64,000 bases of DNA from Octopus bimaculoides (lineage: Eukaryota). The position numbers were made by a program, and so were the translations under genes. The stretch is from positions 60,816,824 through 60,880,823 of the forward strand of contig NC_068989.1 in the NCBI RefSeq assembly GCF_001194135.2, read 5' to 3'. The notes under the pieces were generated by a model. It saw nothing but the letters and a program-made list of their open reading frames with translations. It ran no database searches and had not been told where the DNA came from. Shown one piece after another: positions 39,556 through 53,766 of the stretch. Within the stretch, counting starts at the first letter, position 1; each line of letters starts with the position of its first letter.

Positions 39556-40409
39556 TGTGGTCTGATCAGTAAGTATTCGGATTGTTGCTATAGTCACAAA
39601 GCTAAAGCAGCAGAGTAAAGACGCCTTGAAGTCTGCTGTGCATACGCACTATGTTTTAAAGTTCTAACTCACTTTAACTGTTTACAGCAGTGCTTGGAAG
39701 GAAGATGTGTAGCGTGTGATCGTCGCATTAACAAAGAAAAGTGGGCAGTGAATCTGCATCAAATGTCGCCAAATGCTTGGCGATAATTGCTCAGAGGCGT
39801 ACGCAAAGTTTTCAAAGTGTTCATGATTCTTGATACAATCACTCAGTACTGGGGAATTTGTGCAACTGAAACGCGAGCGTCTTTTCGATCAGTTGAAAGC
39901 AGTTTTGGCACTAACTTGGCAGACACACGTATCATACTCAAATCTTCAGTGATAATGGACTGAACTAAACCGTAACTAATCCTCTGATACCTCACAGATT
40001 GTGATTCGATGATTTTCTTTCATAGCTGGACGCACATCTATGTTTTTCTCAGTTCTGCAGATTGCGGGTCTCCCAGAGCGTTCATAAATATCGAAATTTT
40101 TCGGTCATCTTGGAAACGTCTGAACCACTCGTACACTTGTGTGCGGCTCATACACTCTTCTGCATCTACTTTTTGCATCCTTGCGTAAGCCTATGACCAT
40201 GTATGGCCATTACAACGTTCTCTGTCATGGTCAATGCGATGATCACACGCCACACACCTTCATTCCAAGCACTGCTCTAAACAGCTGAAGTGAGATACAA
40301 CGTTAAAACTTAGTGCGCATGCACAGTGGAGTTCACGGTCAATGTTTGTCATGTGGCTTCACTCTGCATGCTTTAGCTTCGTTACTATGGCAACATTGAT
40401 CAGACTTCG
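39556..40409. mobile_element. Mariner derivative made of two inverted left ends
   Basis: Both ends start with the TIR (GGTCTGATCA / AGTCTGATCA). The + arm encodes ICIKCRQMLGDNCSEAYAK; the - arm encodes MSRTQVYEWFRRF, ERSGRP and RVSAKLVPKLL. TA at 40410-11. Confidence 0.85.
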
Positions 40410-40759
40410 TATATATGATATTTAAATGTATGTTCTGTCGCGCTGTGTCTGTGTGTGACATTAGCATAAAGCGTCCTTTCACCAATTTTGCATGCTAGCA
40501 GGATTTGGAACATTTTTCATTATTTTACTTCTACCTCTTGTATTTTATATAGCATCTTAGTTTTAGTAATGTAATACTTCACCAATAAAAAGAACACTAT
40601 TTCACATTTACGGATCACGTGCATGCTATTAATAAAACAATGTTAAATAACAGGTAATTACACAACTATCGCGTGTACATTTAAATTATACCATTTACTT
40701 TCTATACGCATTAAATTATTTTCTTCTATAGAATACATCGATACTTGGATTGTTATGAA

Positions 40760-41640
40760 TATTTCCTTTCCACACCATGAAATGAAATCAATTGAAGATC
40801 GCTATTTAGAAGAAGACAAGACATCTGATTAGAAAAATTTAATCGAACCCATTGAGCGCTTTCACTGAGTCATTGAGAATGTTAATGAGTTCTCATTCTC
40901 GACATTATATTCGTTATCGATACATCTCCATCATATACTCCAAGCATTAAGTGATGTATAAAGGAAATTACGTAAGCTTGCACATCTGTTATTTTGTAGT
41001 AATTTGTATTACTATAAACGGGCGATAAAATTTCCTCCAAAATATCCCATTTTAGTTTATTTTTTATTTTCTGGGAGAATTCGATCTAGACGTATTAATT
41101 CCCTTGCCGGGAATTTACACTTAATTTGAGTATTCACTAAATCGCTTTTTGTCTGTTTTCCCTTGCCTGCACAATAATACAATAATCATTATGGATAAAC
41201 ATGTTACTGGCATATACATTGCACAGTATAATTTTACTGACAGAGGAATGCAACTGGTGATGCCGACAGCTTGACCAATGCATAATTGCAATCAATTTGT
41301 TGTGAGGGAGGATGTGTATTGTATTTGATAATCGTAACGCACCAACCACTAATTCATCTAAATGATTGTCAGTTTGCTCCGATATAATATTCTAGGAATC
41401 TCCAATTTCTCTCAATAATTCATATTTTCAATATTAGCATTGTATTAATTAGATTTTTAATAATATAAACGTGAAAGAATTTTTGACAAACATTCATGAC
41501 ATTTTACACAACCGGCTAGTGTTTATCTCGAGTCATTTTAATGTCAGCTGTAACAAAAGATGTAGAACATGAGGATACTGTAAAGTATTAAAATTATAAA
41601 AAAGATGTAGGATGGGAGAGCTTCATTGAGCAATACACGG
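40760..41640 (-). pseudogene. Possible decayed class A GPCR relic
   Basis: One frame carries TAD, Cys (41486-88), ER 26 codons later (41408-13), W 22 codons later, then YNTHP and IDC. After shifts: YMPVTCLSIMIIVLL (TM5-like) and SIKFF*SDVLSSSK*R (cf. SINFFLYxLSxxKFR). Confidence 0.4.
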
Positions 41641-44600
41641 AACCAAAAATCATTTATCGCATATATAAGAGTTTTCTAACTATATCATCGGGCTGAGCAA
41701 TTTCATTCACATTATCCTTATAATCTTCATCACTATCACCTCCATTATGATGATGACATTTACGAATCAATATCATCATCACCCTGCTTTATCTGGTTCT
41801 CCTCATCCCCAAAATTTGGCGCTGCTGTAATAGAAACAATAGCAACAAAACACAAATATTTGAACTGTACACAGCACTGAGACATCCAATAGCAGTTTAA
41901 ACGTATTGTTTCTCTTTTCATTAGTTGTTACCTCCAACTTTGTCTGACACAAACATTTTGTGACAATCTATACTTGTTCACGGAATTATTTCTCCTTTGT
42001 TGGGCATTAACTGCAGCTGATAGCCTTCTAGTGACAGTTTCGTAATCTGGTGTGAAATATTTATATGAAATGTTAATAACATAAAGTTCCTTCAAATGAT
42101 CACTTCATAATTCTGAAATAGTTTAAGTGTAGAAACTTGGACAAGCAATATATATCAGGGAATGATGATTTATGCATTCAAAATCAATATTTACTATGCA
42201 TGTTCGATGTGAATTTTGGCAGAGGAGGAAATATATAGGTTAATTTCGTTGGATGCGAAATGATGTACTTGGGTGGCAATAACTAACTTAAATTTTCAGA
42301 AATAAGAAGAGCTTATTAAAACATTATCTCATTTAAGAATTCATCAATTAAGTTACTTTAAATTAAAAAAATATCAAACATACATTGTAGGTATAATGGT
42401 AATAGTATAAAACTAATTTCACTCATGCACCGGCATGATATTTTCAGTCAACTACTTGGGTTATCAATTACTTTTCTTTCTCTGCAATGAAGTGTATGCC
42501 TTTGATAAGTTCCTACAGGCGACACTTATTCTTCATGCTCTAGGTTTGATTACAACAGTGAGGATTCATGAATATCTAATGTAGGACAAATATCACTAAT
42601 CAATAAACATTAGTTGGAAATAAATTATATAGGTATACCTCGATTCTAATGTAGACAAAATAAAACAAAAAAGTTTTCGTCTCACTATAGAAAAAGATAT
42701 GTTGGACATTTCTTAAATAATGGAAGTCCTTCTACATTTAGTGTAGTATTAACTTATGAGACGCGACATTCGATGTATTTAGAAGCTGAAATTTGCTCAA
42801 ACAATAAAAATAGAGGAAAACTACAACTATTTTGTGATTGTTTGCTACCGGCGTGTTAGATTTACTTTCGATTACATTAATAATTCATCCATTTACGAAA
42901 AAGAAAACAAAATAGAAAACAGAAAATCCGATAAAATACTGTACGTAACAATGATGAATCTAGGAGCGCTCTGCTATTGGAGAGCCACTGAATATTTAAC
43001 CACCAAAAGAATCGTTTCTTGTTTTGCTCAATAGATTTTCTTTCTTCCCTCTCACCAATCTTTCTATAGTTATTTCTGTCTGTACCTGTGTCCGTTCTGT
43101 TATTCTGTATTTGTGTCTCTGTCTCTCTCTGTGTCTGTCCATGCTGGTCCATCTCCTTGTTGGTTAATGTGTTTTTTCTCTCTGTCACTTTGCCGGATTG
43201 TTGTATAATATTTGTAGAAACCCCACTTGATAACCCTGCAATGTTGGATTATACAGAGTTTCTCGAATGCAAAAGGCAACAACGAATAGAATAAAATACC
43301 TCATTTGCTAAAAATAGTTTTATCGAAGACATAACGATAGAATATTTTTTTTTTTTGTTAAAACGATTTAAGCATAAGTCCAACTCAGAACCATAGCTGA
43401 TAAAACAAGTTATTTTTACTACAAAACTATTCTGACAGGAAAATCTTTTCAAATAACACAATAGGAATAATGAAACACCTCATATTCTCTCAAACTACAT
43501 TATATATGAAATTGAGTAAAGTGTTTGCGGTACTGTTTAACAATATGTGGCCATTTGTATTTATGTAATTGTCGCAGAAGTTCCAATATACATGATCAAA
43601 CTACAAACGCACAGTAACAAATGTTAGCAGGCAATTATGCAACATTTATGAATGTGCATTCACAAGCAAATACACCATTCGATAATACATACATACAAAT
43701 ACGCACACACACACACACACACAGACACACACACACACATATATATATATACATACATATATACATACATGCACACACATACATGCATGCATACATACAT
43801 ACATGCATAATACATAGATACATATCAACATACATACATACATACATACATACATACATGCATAATACACACATACATATCCTCATATATGGTATGTCGC
43901 TTGTTTTTTAAGAACAAAGAAAATCATAAGTGACTCATATTTTAGAGAATGATTTCAATAGAATACTGCTATTTTGTGTATATCAACAGAAATAAATAGA
44001 AATTCAGACTCTATTTTCATGCTTTATAGCAATCATTTTGTCATGTGACATATTCACTGGACAAAATATTTGACATGACTCGAACCAATCTGCACTTTAG
44101 GTGGTAGCGACCTGAGGCACATTCTCCCTATAAAAGCAAACGACATTTTAGAACAATGGTCGAATAGATATAGCTTGCAACATAGTTCCTCAAAACACAC
44201 ACTAGAAAAACAAATGTGAAACCAATTAATTGTGTATGTATATGTATACACATATGTGTGTATGTGCGTACTGGCCCGAGTCTATTTGTGTGTGTTTGTG
44301 TATGTGTGTATAAATATATCTATATAACGGGTATCAGGCAATACTTTTAAATTGAGTACTCTAAATATTTCATTTTTCCAAGTGAAAAGTTGACAGATAC
44401 AGCTGAAGCATTCAGATAAATCCGTTTCCCTTTTTTTTTTATTTTCTGTTTACCATCCACCCCTGTATACTTTTGTTCAAGTCCTCACACACATATATCA
44501 CGTTTTCTGAATAAAAATGCAGAGAACCAATCATGTATGAAGGTTTATTACATTTGTGCATTTTTTATGAAAATATATACTTGCGAGATTTATGAAATAG

Positions 44601-45516
44601 ATTAACAGTTTGCTATGATATGAAATACGGCAAAAGTACTGTGTATATCAGTGGGTGGTTTGCTGAACGTAAACCTTCCATTTGAAACATGTATTTATAT
44701 AGATGTATGAATATGAGATCTGATAGTGAAATAACCTTAACGCCTTTTACTGGCGGTTTTCCAAGGGAACATAAGACATATTGATTATCAATTATTGTTC
44801 ATGAACGTCAATTCTGCCACAATTGAAATATATGATAATTTTGTAGTAAAAGAATAATTCACAAACAATTTTTAAGTTTCCATAACCAGATTAAATAACT
44901 TGCATACCTTTCTAAATATTTAGATCTGTGTACAATTTCTGTAGTTTCCTTACAATGGAGACCTCTATTACATTCACGGATACTGAAACATTTTATGGTT
45001 TCGCTTGTTCTTGCATTATTCCCAGTTATATAAGTTAATTATTTTCATTAACATATGCTTAAGTTTTAAGTTCACATATCATTAGGGAATAAAGAGTACA
45101 AAAATAGATTTAGAAAAGTCCCTATTTTAAATAATTATATTTTATGTATGAAATAATATTGATTTTTCAGTTAGAATCAAGCCGACATTTTTGAAGGAAA
45201 ACAAGCTTGTTGTATGTTAGTGCGTATCTCAATGGAATTCGCACTGCAAGTAAAGTGAATTGTTTATGTACGTTAATATCGACATTTAAAACTATGTACC
45301 TCGAATGATTCACATCCATAGACGTAGGGGCGACATTTGACGGAGTCACAAGGGAACTAACCTGTTTATATCTTTGTTGGAAGTTACGAAAGAAATTATC
45401 AATTGTGAAAATAAATCAATTTTGAAGCGTAGTCGTTGTATAAATTGCTGGCAGCAGTTGTCGATATGGTGATGGATGATAACCTCTTAATGCTTTTCCC
45501 ATTTTCCCATCTCCAG

Positions 45517-45596
45517 CTGGGATTCTTAAAATCTTTTTCGTGATTTCCCTAGCCATCGGTTTATTGCTGTTGGTCGCCAGCCTTAATAGTTTTTAA
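45517..45596 (+). CDS. Candidate terminal exon encoding a hydrophobic C-terminus (TM or GPI-signal-like)
   Basis: Strong acceptor TTTTCCCATTTTCCCATCTCCAG; phase-1 reading GILKIFFVISLAIGLLLLVASLNSF*. No linked upstream exon found. Confidence 0.25.
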
Positions 45597-46750
45597 ACAA
45601 GTGTTGCCACTTTTACCTATCGTCGTCAGTTCCACTTCTTTCTCTTTTGTTTTTTTTTTGTATATATAATAGTAAAAATATCACTACATTCTTCCGTTCT
45701 GTTACCTATTAATTTGTTTTTATCTCTTTATATTTCATATAACGTACGGATGATATAATTTGAGCTCGCGCATGATAAGGTTAAATATCATGGTACTCTT
45801 GATGGAGGTTCAGTTTAATATTAATCACTTATTAACTTTCTCATGTGTCTTCTTTCTTTATACTTTAATCTCTGTATTAGATATATGTAGTTTTCTACTA
45901 ATTTAATACTCATTATTGTAAACACAGTATATGCTACCACACCAATTAACAATTATTGTTTGCTCGGTTTTATGTCACTAGTTTCCCTCGGTGCAAATGA
46001 TTCTGACATTCACTACCTCTCTGTCTTCTAGACTGTTTGTTTTCAGAACGATATAATGAGAGAATCCGGGGTGATGTACACAAGTTCCTTTGGTATTTAT
46101 TTAATCAGAAGAAGATTTATTTAATGTTATATAGTACGGGGCGTGTATTTTAAAGTGAAGATTCAAAGGACAACTGAACAACTTGTACCATAATAGCCTC
46201 CGTATACCTCGATGTTTTGATTATTACAGAATAACTTCGTTTTAAGAATTTTCATTATATTCTAAATGAGCCTGTTTTATTCATGTGTCCGGCTTTTGAA
46301 TACATGAATAGATAAATAAAATATTTTGATAGATTTATAACATTTAGATGTTCAGAGATGTTGTAAAAGCTTTTATATGAATAAAAATATTACACAGCTT
46401 CACTTGGCATGGTTGCATACACGTCTTTTATAAATAGTGAATAATTCATGCGTTTTGTGTTTATTCCTTTTCGATCACAAGTAAGACTATATGCTGGTAC
46501 CTCAGAATAATCATGTAAGTTCTCCAACTCTTACTTTCATTTTTGTTCGAAATAATTTCAATTTTAGAAATGTATAGTTGTATATTTCATTGCCTTCCAC
46601 TTCTGGAAAGGCCACAGACATTCATTCACGAACTCACCATAACTTTCAGGTAACCGATGTGCAAAGTTTTTCAAGGATATCACGTTTCGCACTTTATATT
46701 GTTCCTTGTTCATGGGTCCTTTTAATTTGACCCATTAAAGTCTCAGCTTA

Positions 46751-47658
46751 CACATGGGTTGGACAAAATAATGGAAACACCTAGCATCACAACATCATAA
46801 TTTAGAAATACACAAACGTACACAACCCAAAATTACTACAGAGTCTAATGATCACCGCGAGAACCCAGTTTCCACAAAAACTGTTCGCCGGGAGCTGCAC
46901 AAAGCCGGATTTCATGAGAGGCCTGCAATCAGAAAACCACCACTTTCAAAAACAAACGTTGCAAAGCGTTTAGAGTGGAGTAAAAAAAAAACCCACAGAA
47001 CTGCTCCCAAGAGCAGTGGAAGAATGTTATTTTTTCAGACTTGTCATCCTTTATCTTATTTCCGACCACTGGCTGAGTATACATGTGGAGACAGCCAAAA
47101 GAATCATCTGACCCAGACTGCCTTCTTCCAACTGTTAAACATGGAGGAGGGTCTGTGATGATCTGGGGTTGGTCTATATCTTGGAAATCCGCCGGCCTAA
47201 TGGTTTCCCTTCTTGGCAGAATTAATAGTCAAGACTATTAAAGCATTTTATCTGATCAAATTCATCCTATAGTTGTGGAACTGTTTCCGGAGGGAAGCGC
47301 AATCAGGATGATAATATATCAATTCACACAGCCAGAAGTTGTTACTGAATGGCTCGAAGAACATTCTAGTAAAATTGAACATCTTATCTGGCCACCACAG
47401 CCCACAGATCTCAATATTATTGAACATCTATGGTGCAGTTTAGAAAAACAAGCAAGGACTCAATATCCTCCACCATCATCACTGGAGAATATTTTAGCTG
47501 AAGAATGGACAAAAATTCCTTTGGAAACAATCGAAACTTTGTACGAGTCCATACCTCATAGAATTCAAGCTGTAATTACTGCCAAAGGCGGTCCTACACC
47601 ATATTAAACTAAATTTGTTTGAAATTTTAAGGTGTTATTATTTTTTCCGACCCTTTTA
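46751..47658 (+). mobile_element. Internally deleted Tc1-like (DD34E) transposon
   Basis: TA-flanked imperfect TIRs. Transposase peptides TVRRELHKAG, WKNVIFSD, PTVKHGGGSVMIWG, WPPQPTDLNIIEHLW, IPHRIQAVITAKGGPTPY*. Stops and frameshifts; N-terminus missing. Confidence 0.95.
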
Positions 47659-48544
47659 TATCCACTTGTCTCTTGTGCAATTCCAGTTAGAATATTTTAT
47701 GAATTTGACTATTTTGTTTGCATTCTGTTTCATAGTTTAGCGATATTTTCACATTATTTCAATAAAGCTAAACCATCTGCGAATATGCTAAGCTATTTTA
47801 AGCTTCCTTCTTAGGTCTCTTGAGATCCTCTCCCGTATAGACCTACTTATTCACTTCACATTTTATTTAGCTTATCCAATGCAAGTTTTATTTCAGGTTG
47901 TTTGTTCAATTCCAAACGTACATTGTATTTCATGAGAAAATGAGGAGTCGCTTTAAATAGAAAATGTAATCAATCTCCTAAATAACAAACTTTCATCTGC
48001 TTTTCTTACGTTTCAATTTTGTCTTTCAAGAAAATGTTTTTATAGTCTTGCTAAATATATTTCTCTTTTCGTCACAGTTTAATCTAATTTGTAACTCATC
48101 TTGATTAAGTCGCGTTAGTCTTTTGTTTTTCGCAGTTCTTTACATTTGTCTTGTAATTTTCTTATCTGTTTCCACAGTCAATTTAGTTCTATAAGGCCTT
48201 GGAAAAGGATTTTTCTCGTTTCTTTCTCCATAAATTTCAATTAGATAATGTGTCATCGTAAATTTGATATAAATAATCTTTACTTCACTTGTTGTATACA
48301 TTTGCAAAGCAATCACTTACAGATATTTGTATGTATAAAAATACGCTTATTTGTGTGTATTGAGTACTTCATTCGTTTGTATGTGAGCGTTGTATGTGTA
48401 TTAAATATTAAATAAGAGTATTTATGAAATGATTATTTTTAGTTCATGACAAACATGTGTAGATGATTGACGAAAAGTAATATATATTTATATGTATGTG
48501 TTTATATATATATATATATATAAAGATATATATAATCTCAAACA

Positions 48545-48795
48545 TGAGCCTCGGTGGTAAGAAGCTTTCTTTCCAGTTACATAGTTCAGGTTTAGACTCA
48601 CTGTGTGTATATCTTTTTTATGTGCTCGTTCCCTGCCACCATTTGACAACAAGTGTTGGATTGTTTACATCCTCGTAATTTAGTGGTTCAGCAAAAAGAG
48701 ACGAATCCCATAAATACCGAGTAAACAAAGAAACATAAGTATTGGTGCCGATTCATTGCACTAAACCTTTCAAGGCGGATCCCCAGCACTGCCGA
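48545..48795 (+). mobile_element. SINE family C, diverged and internally deleted
   Basis: GGTAAGAAGCTT head and GACAACAAGTGTTGG...AAGGCGG 3' part. Confidence 0.7.
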
Positions 48796-48799
48796 AGTT

Positions 48800-48990
48800 C
48801 AATTTCGGAGTTGAGAACTAGTGAATTTTATCGACCCCGTCCCCAGTGTTCAATTGGTACTTATTTAACCGACCCAGAAATACCGAAAGGCAAAGTCGGT
48901 TTCTCGGAATATGAATTAAGAACATAAAGAGAGACGAAATGTCGCGAGGCATTTTGCTCGATGTTCTAACGTTTCTGCCAGCTCACCGCC
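48800..48990 (-). mobile_element. SINE family B
   Basis: Ends TTCTGCCAGCTCACCGCC; tail-to-tail with the family C copy. Confidence 0.8.
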
Positions 48991-49199
48991 TTAATGTATT
49001 ATATCTAATACTACATATTAAAAAAATACTAAGCAATACAGTGGTAGTCATTATGGACAAAGCAAGAGCGATCGAAAAGATTAAGTAATGAATAATAGAA
49101 TATATTTAACTATGTAGAGGATGAAATTAAATAAAAACAAAATTGTTTTTCCAAGGACGTTGATATCTCCATAAATTCTACAATTCATTACTGCTGCTC

Positions 49200-50070
49200 T
49201 GTACACACACATAATAATGTTATAATGCAACAGAAATATTGTTGCTGGTGACAGTTTTGTAATGCATAAACACAATTACCAAAAGCGAATTCTAAGCGGA
49301 AAATGTAAATTACAAATGGCCATGTCTAAAATTTTCCAAGATCTTAATACAAATAACCAACTAACAGGTTTTAAAAATCCAGGGTTAAACAATATTTTGA
49401 TGCGCATTACAAAATGAAATGTACCTTAGATGAACACTTGAACCATTGTCATTTTCACGTAACGTTCAAACTGGGTATGAACGAACTGTACATCGAAGAT
49501 GCTTTTCGTTATTCCGTAAAACCACAGATTTTCTTTGGCATAGAGCATTTGTGTGCCAGAGACGACAATATCACCATGGTGCATTTTCAGTATTTTATAT
49601 TTGTTATTTCGATTTGGCAATGGTATTTCTCTCGGCAACACGTAACATTTCTCATTTTTCCCCGCAATCTAATTTCACTATTTCGCTAGTTCATAATGTC
49701 AATTTCTAATTAAAAGCACGTTACAGCTAACGTTTTCATCATCCACAATATCAACTTCCGTCCTGAATGACTACTGCATTTGTGTGTAGCATTATAAATT
49801 CCTTTCAATAAATACAGCATTATTACAGTATTCAACACGTAACAACCGTTATCTCTTCCATTTCTTGCATGCTTTATCTACATCCACATGGCTGAGAACT
49901 GGAATATATTGGGTTGCTTGTAGACGGCAGTAAATTATATACCTGCAGTCTAATAGTCCAACAAATCGTATGCAATCTTCCGCTTATCATTACAGGATAT
50001 TTTCTGCTTTTCTCAACTTCATTATACTGTTCTCATTAACATACTACGCGTCGGGGTGTTCTTGGCATAT
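49200..50070 (+). pseudogene. Possible decayed class A (peptide-receptor-like) GPCR relic
   Basis: SNWV*TNCTS then shifted RCFS (cf. SxWxxVxxTxERxxxV), same-frame WCIFSILYLLFRF (cf. IFSILYNIPRF) and VTTVISSISCMLYLHP (49839-86, TM6-like). Confidence 0.35.
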
Positions 50071-52448
50071 CAGATAAATGAATTAAGAAATACTCACACA
50101 CGTGTATATATTTATATTTATATTTATAAATACATAAATATATATATATATATATATATATANNNNNNNNNNNNNNNNNNNNNNNNNNNNNNNNNNNNNN
50201 NNNNNNNNNNNNNNNNNNNNNNNNNNNNNNNNNNNNNNNNNNNNNNNNNNNNNNNNNNNNNNNNNNNNNNNNNNNNNNNNNNNNNNNNNNNNNNNNNNNN
50301 NNNNNNNACACACATACATACACACTTACATAAATACATACATTCATGCATTCATACATATATATATATATTATTTGTGAAAATCTAACTCGTATGTTTT
50401 GTTGATATTAGATGCCCGTAAAATATAAGCTCAGCAGTTGAGGATGTATAGTGTATAATCGTATGATGCAATGTATGCCAAGAGTTATATTTTGATTATA
50501 ACTCCGTAAATTTCAACAATGGTGACTTAATTCAAACCGTCACAAAAAGTAAAACAAATAACAAAAAACCAAAAACAAAGGCAAAAACCTCCAAAAAACC
50601 AAAGTAACGAAATCACTTATCTGTAAATTATGAATGAAATACAGTTGGATGCAGATGATATATCATGTTCTCTCGATACAGTTTAGTACAGAGCAGGGTT
50701 CATAACTGGAGATCTTAACTGAGTGGAACACACATTAATTCTGTGACGAATGTAATAATATTTGAAGTGAAAGGAATATCTGAGTTGCTACGTATTACGA
50801 TAACTTATTTAAACCATGACGTAAAATCAATAATTGCAATATATAGTAAAGCTAAATGTGCTGTTGTTTACTTTCTCCAGTATGAAGGGGTAGCTAAATA
50901 GTAAGAAAATCTTATTACACATTCTCAAATCAAATTGGAGGACATTCATTAAATATTTCACTGAACAAATTTGCTTTATGCCTGGAAATACAAAACTCAG
51001 TATATCTTCACTAATAGCTTCCATTCGTAATTTCTTATAGCGCTTCGACACGTTTTGTTTATTTTCTGCTATAAATATTTGTACATTATTGCCAATAATA
51101 GATCTCATACGAAAACATACAACCACTGTGTTACTCTCCGACATAAAACATGTCTGATATTAATTTGGTATAATTTATTATGATTTGTTTTTCATTCCTA
51201 ACTGAACATAAATCAACCACTACAAGGAGATGTTGGTGTATCAAGTGTTATTATCTCAAAATTCAGGGATATTGCAATGTTTGTTAAGAAATTATAATCT
51301 ATTTTTCTTGAAAACTATACAGAATCTATTAACAAATTGATTTGCAAAGATATTTTGAATTTATCGACATTCTTGAATTAGTAATCACATATGTACAGAC
51401 AAATAGATACAATCTCATTGTTTTGTCACGTATTTATATGCAAGTGTCACAGTCTTCTATCATACTCCATTCCTATCTATATGAAATGATGATAAAGAAA
51501 CAATCATTTCACTTTTAGTGTATTAGTGATAGTTCATTAAATATCACGTTTTGTGCATATGAAAAATAATATTTTTCAAAGAAACGTATAGAACGCGGAA
51601 GAACTATATATAAAATTATGAATATATAACTTTACATGTATGTATGTATGTATTATGTATTAATGCAATAGTATGTATGTATGTATGTATGTATGTATGT
51701 GTGTATGTATGTATGTGTGTATGTATGTATGTGTGTATGTATGTATGTATGTATGTATGTATGTATGTATCTATCTATCTATCTATTGTCTATTTATCTG
51801 TCTATATTAGCGTTCGTATCCGGCCTTACTCCACTTGATTAAAATCTAAACAATTATAACTATTATAATCATATAAATGATATAAATTTCGCATACATTG
51901 CTTATTTTGGTGAACACAGAATTACTCAAAATCACTGCATCCAAACAATTCGTTAACCTTTAGTCTATGATGCATGTTCTCGGTTGAGTGCCCGAATAGT
52001 GACATTATTTTCTGTTACAAGAAGTTGCTGACTGGACCGAATAATGCAACAGTAAAATCTTTCATATTTTACACAAGCTTCGGTGTAGCACTAGAGCTGT
52101 TAAGCAAATGGTATTTATGTATTCCTTTAGGTAAAGTTTCATCGTTTTAATTTGAGTTACCTTCATGACATGGACCGATGCACATTATGCGTTTGCTGTT
52201 GAAAGGTTTGCCGATCAACAAAGTGTGGGAGGTTTCCTGCTTCTTTGCTACCGTGTGTATATTAATATTTCTTCTTCCTAGATATTAAAAGACCACATTT
52301 CAGAAAAAAAAAAACGGATACATAGCCTGTATACTTCAGCATTAAAAGATTTGCACCCATGCAAAATTGCAGCCAATTCGATGCATAATTGTGGCCTACA
52401 ACTTGGCATATACATACATTCATATATACTCACATATATGTATGTGCG

Positions 52449-52479
<31 letters not shown>

Positions 52480-53420
52480 NNNNNNNNNNNNNNNNNNNNN
52501 NNNNNNNNNNNNNNNNNNNNNNNNNNNNNNNNNNNNNNNNNNNNNNNNNNNNNNNNNNNNNNNNNNNNNNNNNNNNNNNNNNNNNNNNNNNNNNNNNNNN
52601 NNNNNNNNNNNNNNNNNNNNNNNNNNNNNNNNNNNNNNNNNNNNNNNNNNNNNNNNNNNNNNNNNNNNNNNNNNNNNNNNNNNNNNNNNNNNNNNNNNNN
52701 NNNNNNNNNNNNNNNNNNNNNNNNNNNNNNNNNNNNNNNNNNNNNNNNNNNNNNNNNNNNNNNNNNNNNNNNNNNNNNNNNNNNNNNNNNNNNNNNNNNN
52801 NNNNNNNNNNNNNNNNNNNNNNNNNNNNNNNNNNNNNNNNNNNNNNNNNNNNNNNNNNNNNNNNNNNNNNNNNNNNNNNNNNNNNNNNNNNNNNNNNNNN
52901 NNNNNNNNNNNNNNNNNNNNNNNNNNNNNNNNNNNNNNNNNNNNNNNNNNNNNNNNNNNNNNNNNNNNNNNNNNNNNNNNNNNNNNNNNNNNNNNNNNNN
53001 NNNNNNNNNNNNNNNNNNNNNNNNNNNNNNNNNNNNNNNNNNNNNNNNNNNNNNNNNNNNNNNNNNNNNNNNNNNNNNNNNNNNNNNNNNNNNNNNNNNN
53101 NNNNNNNNNNNNNNNNNNNNNNNNNNNNNNNNNNNNNNNNNNNNNNNNNNNNNNNNNNNNNNNNNNNNNNNNNNNNNNNNNNNNNNNNNNNNNNNNNNNN
53201 NNNNNNNNNNNNNNNNNNNNNNNNNNNNNNNNNNNNNNNNNNNNNNNNNNNNNNNNNNNNNNNNNNNNNNNNNNNNNNNNNNNNNNNNNNNNNNNNNNNN
53301 NNNNNNNNNNNNNNNNNNNNNNNNNNNNNNNNNNNNNNNNNNNNNNNNNNNNNNNNNNNNNNNNNNNNNNNNNNNNNNNNNNNNNNNNNNNNNNNNNNNN
53401 NNNNNNNNNNNNNNNNNNNN
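52480..53420. other. Largest assembly gap (941 N), one of 14
   Basis: N-run flanked by (CT)n and AT repeats. Confidence 0.99.
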
Positions 53421-53700
53421 ATATATAGGGCAAGAAATAATTTTTGCTTCTTTTTATGGAAACAAAAAAGTTTATAGGACTACAAAATAGAAGTGTTCAA
53501 ATTAAATTGAGACAGAGACAAAAATTTACATAGAGAACAAACATCAAATTCGGGCCAACGACTTTATATAACACCACGCTTCCATACATTTCATCATATA
53601 TATAAACATTACCATGCCCTTGAACATATAAAAGGATTACATATTTAAACATACAAAAGTTTAAAAATATATATGGAGATATGGAATACAAAATATATAC

Positions 53701-53766
53701 AAATATATACAAATCGACTAAGATAGGCAATCGAAATATATACAAATCGACTGAGATAGGCAATCG
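53701..53766. repeat. 33-bp tandem duplication
   Basis: AAATATATACAAATCGACT(A/G)AGATAGGCAATCG x2. Confidence 0.9.

Noticed and set aside
52351-53490. Longest ORFs in the track (337-379 aa) and similar ORFs at 9.7, 16.4, 18.2, 21.0, 34.2 and 58.6 kb
   Set aside because: They are open only because they run through N gaps.
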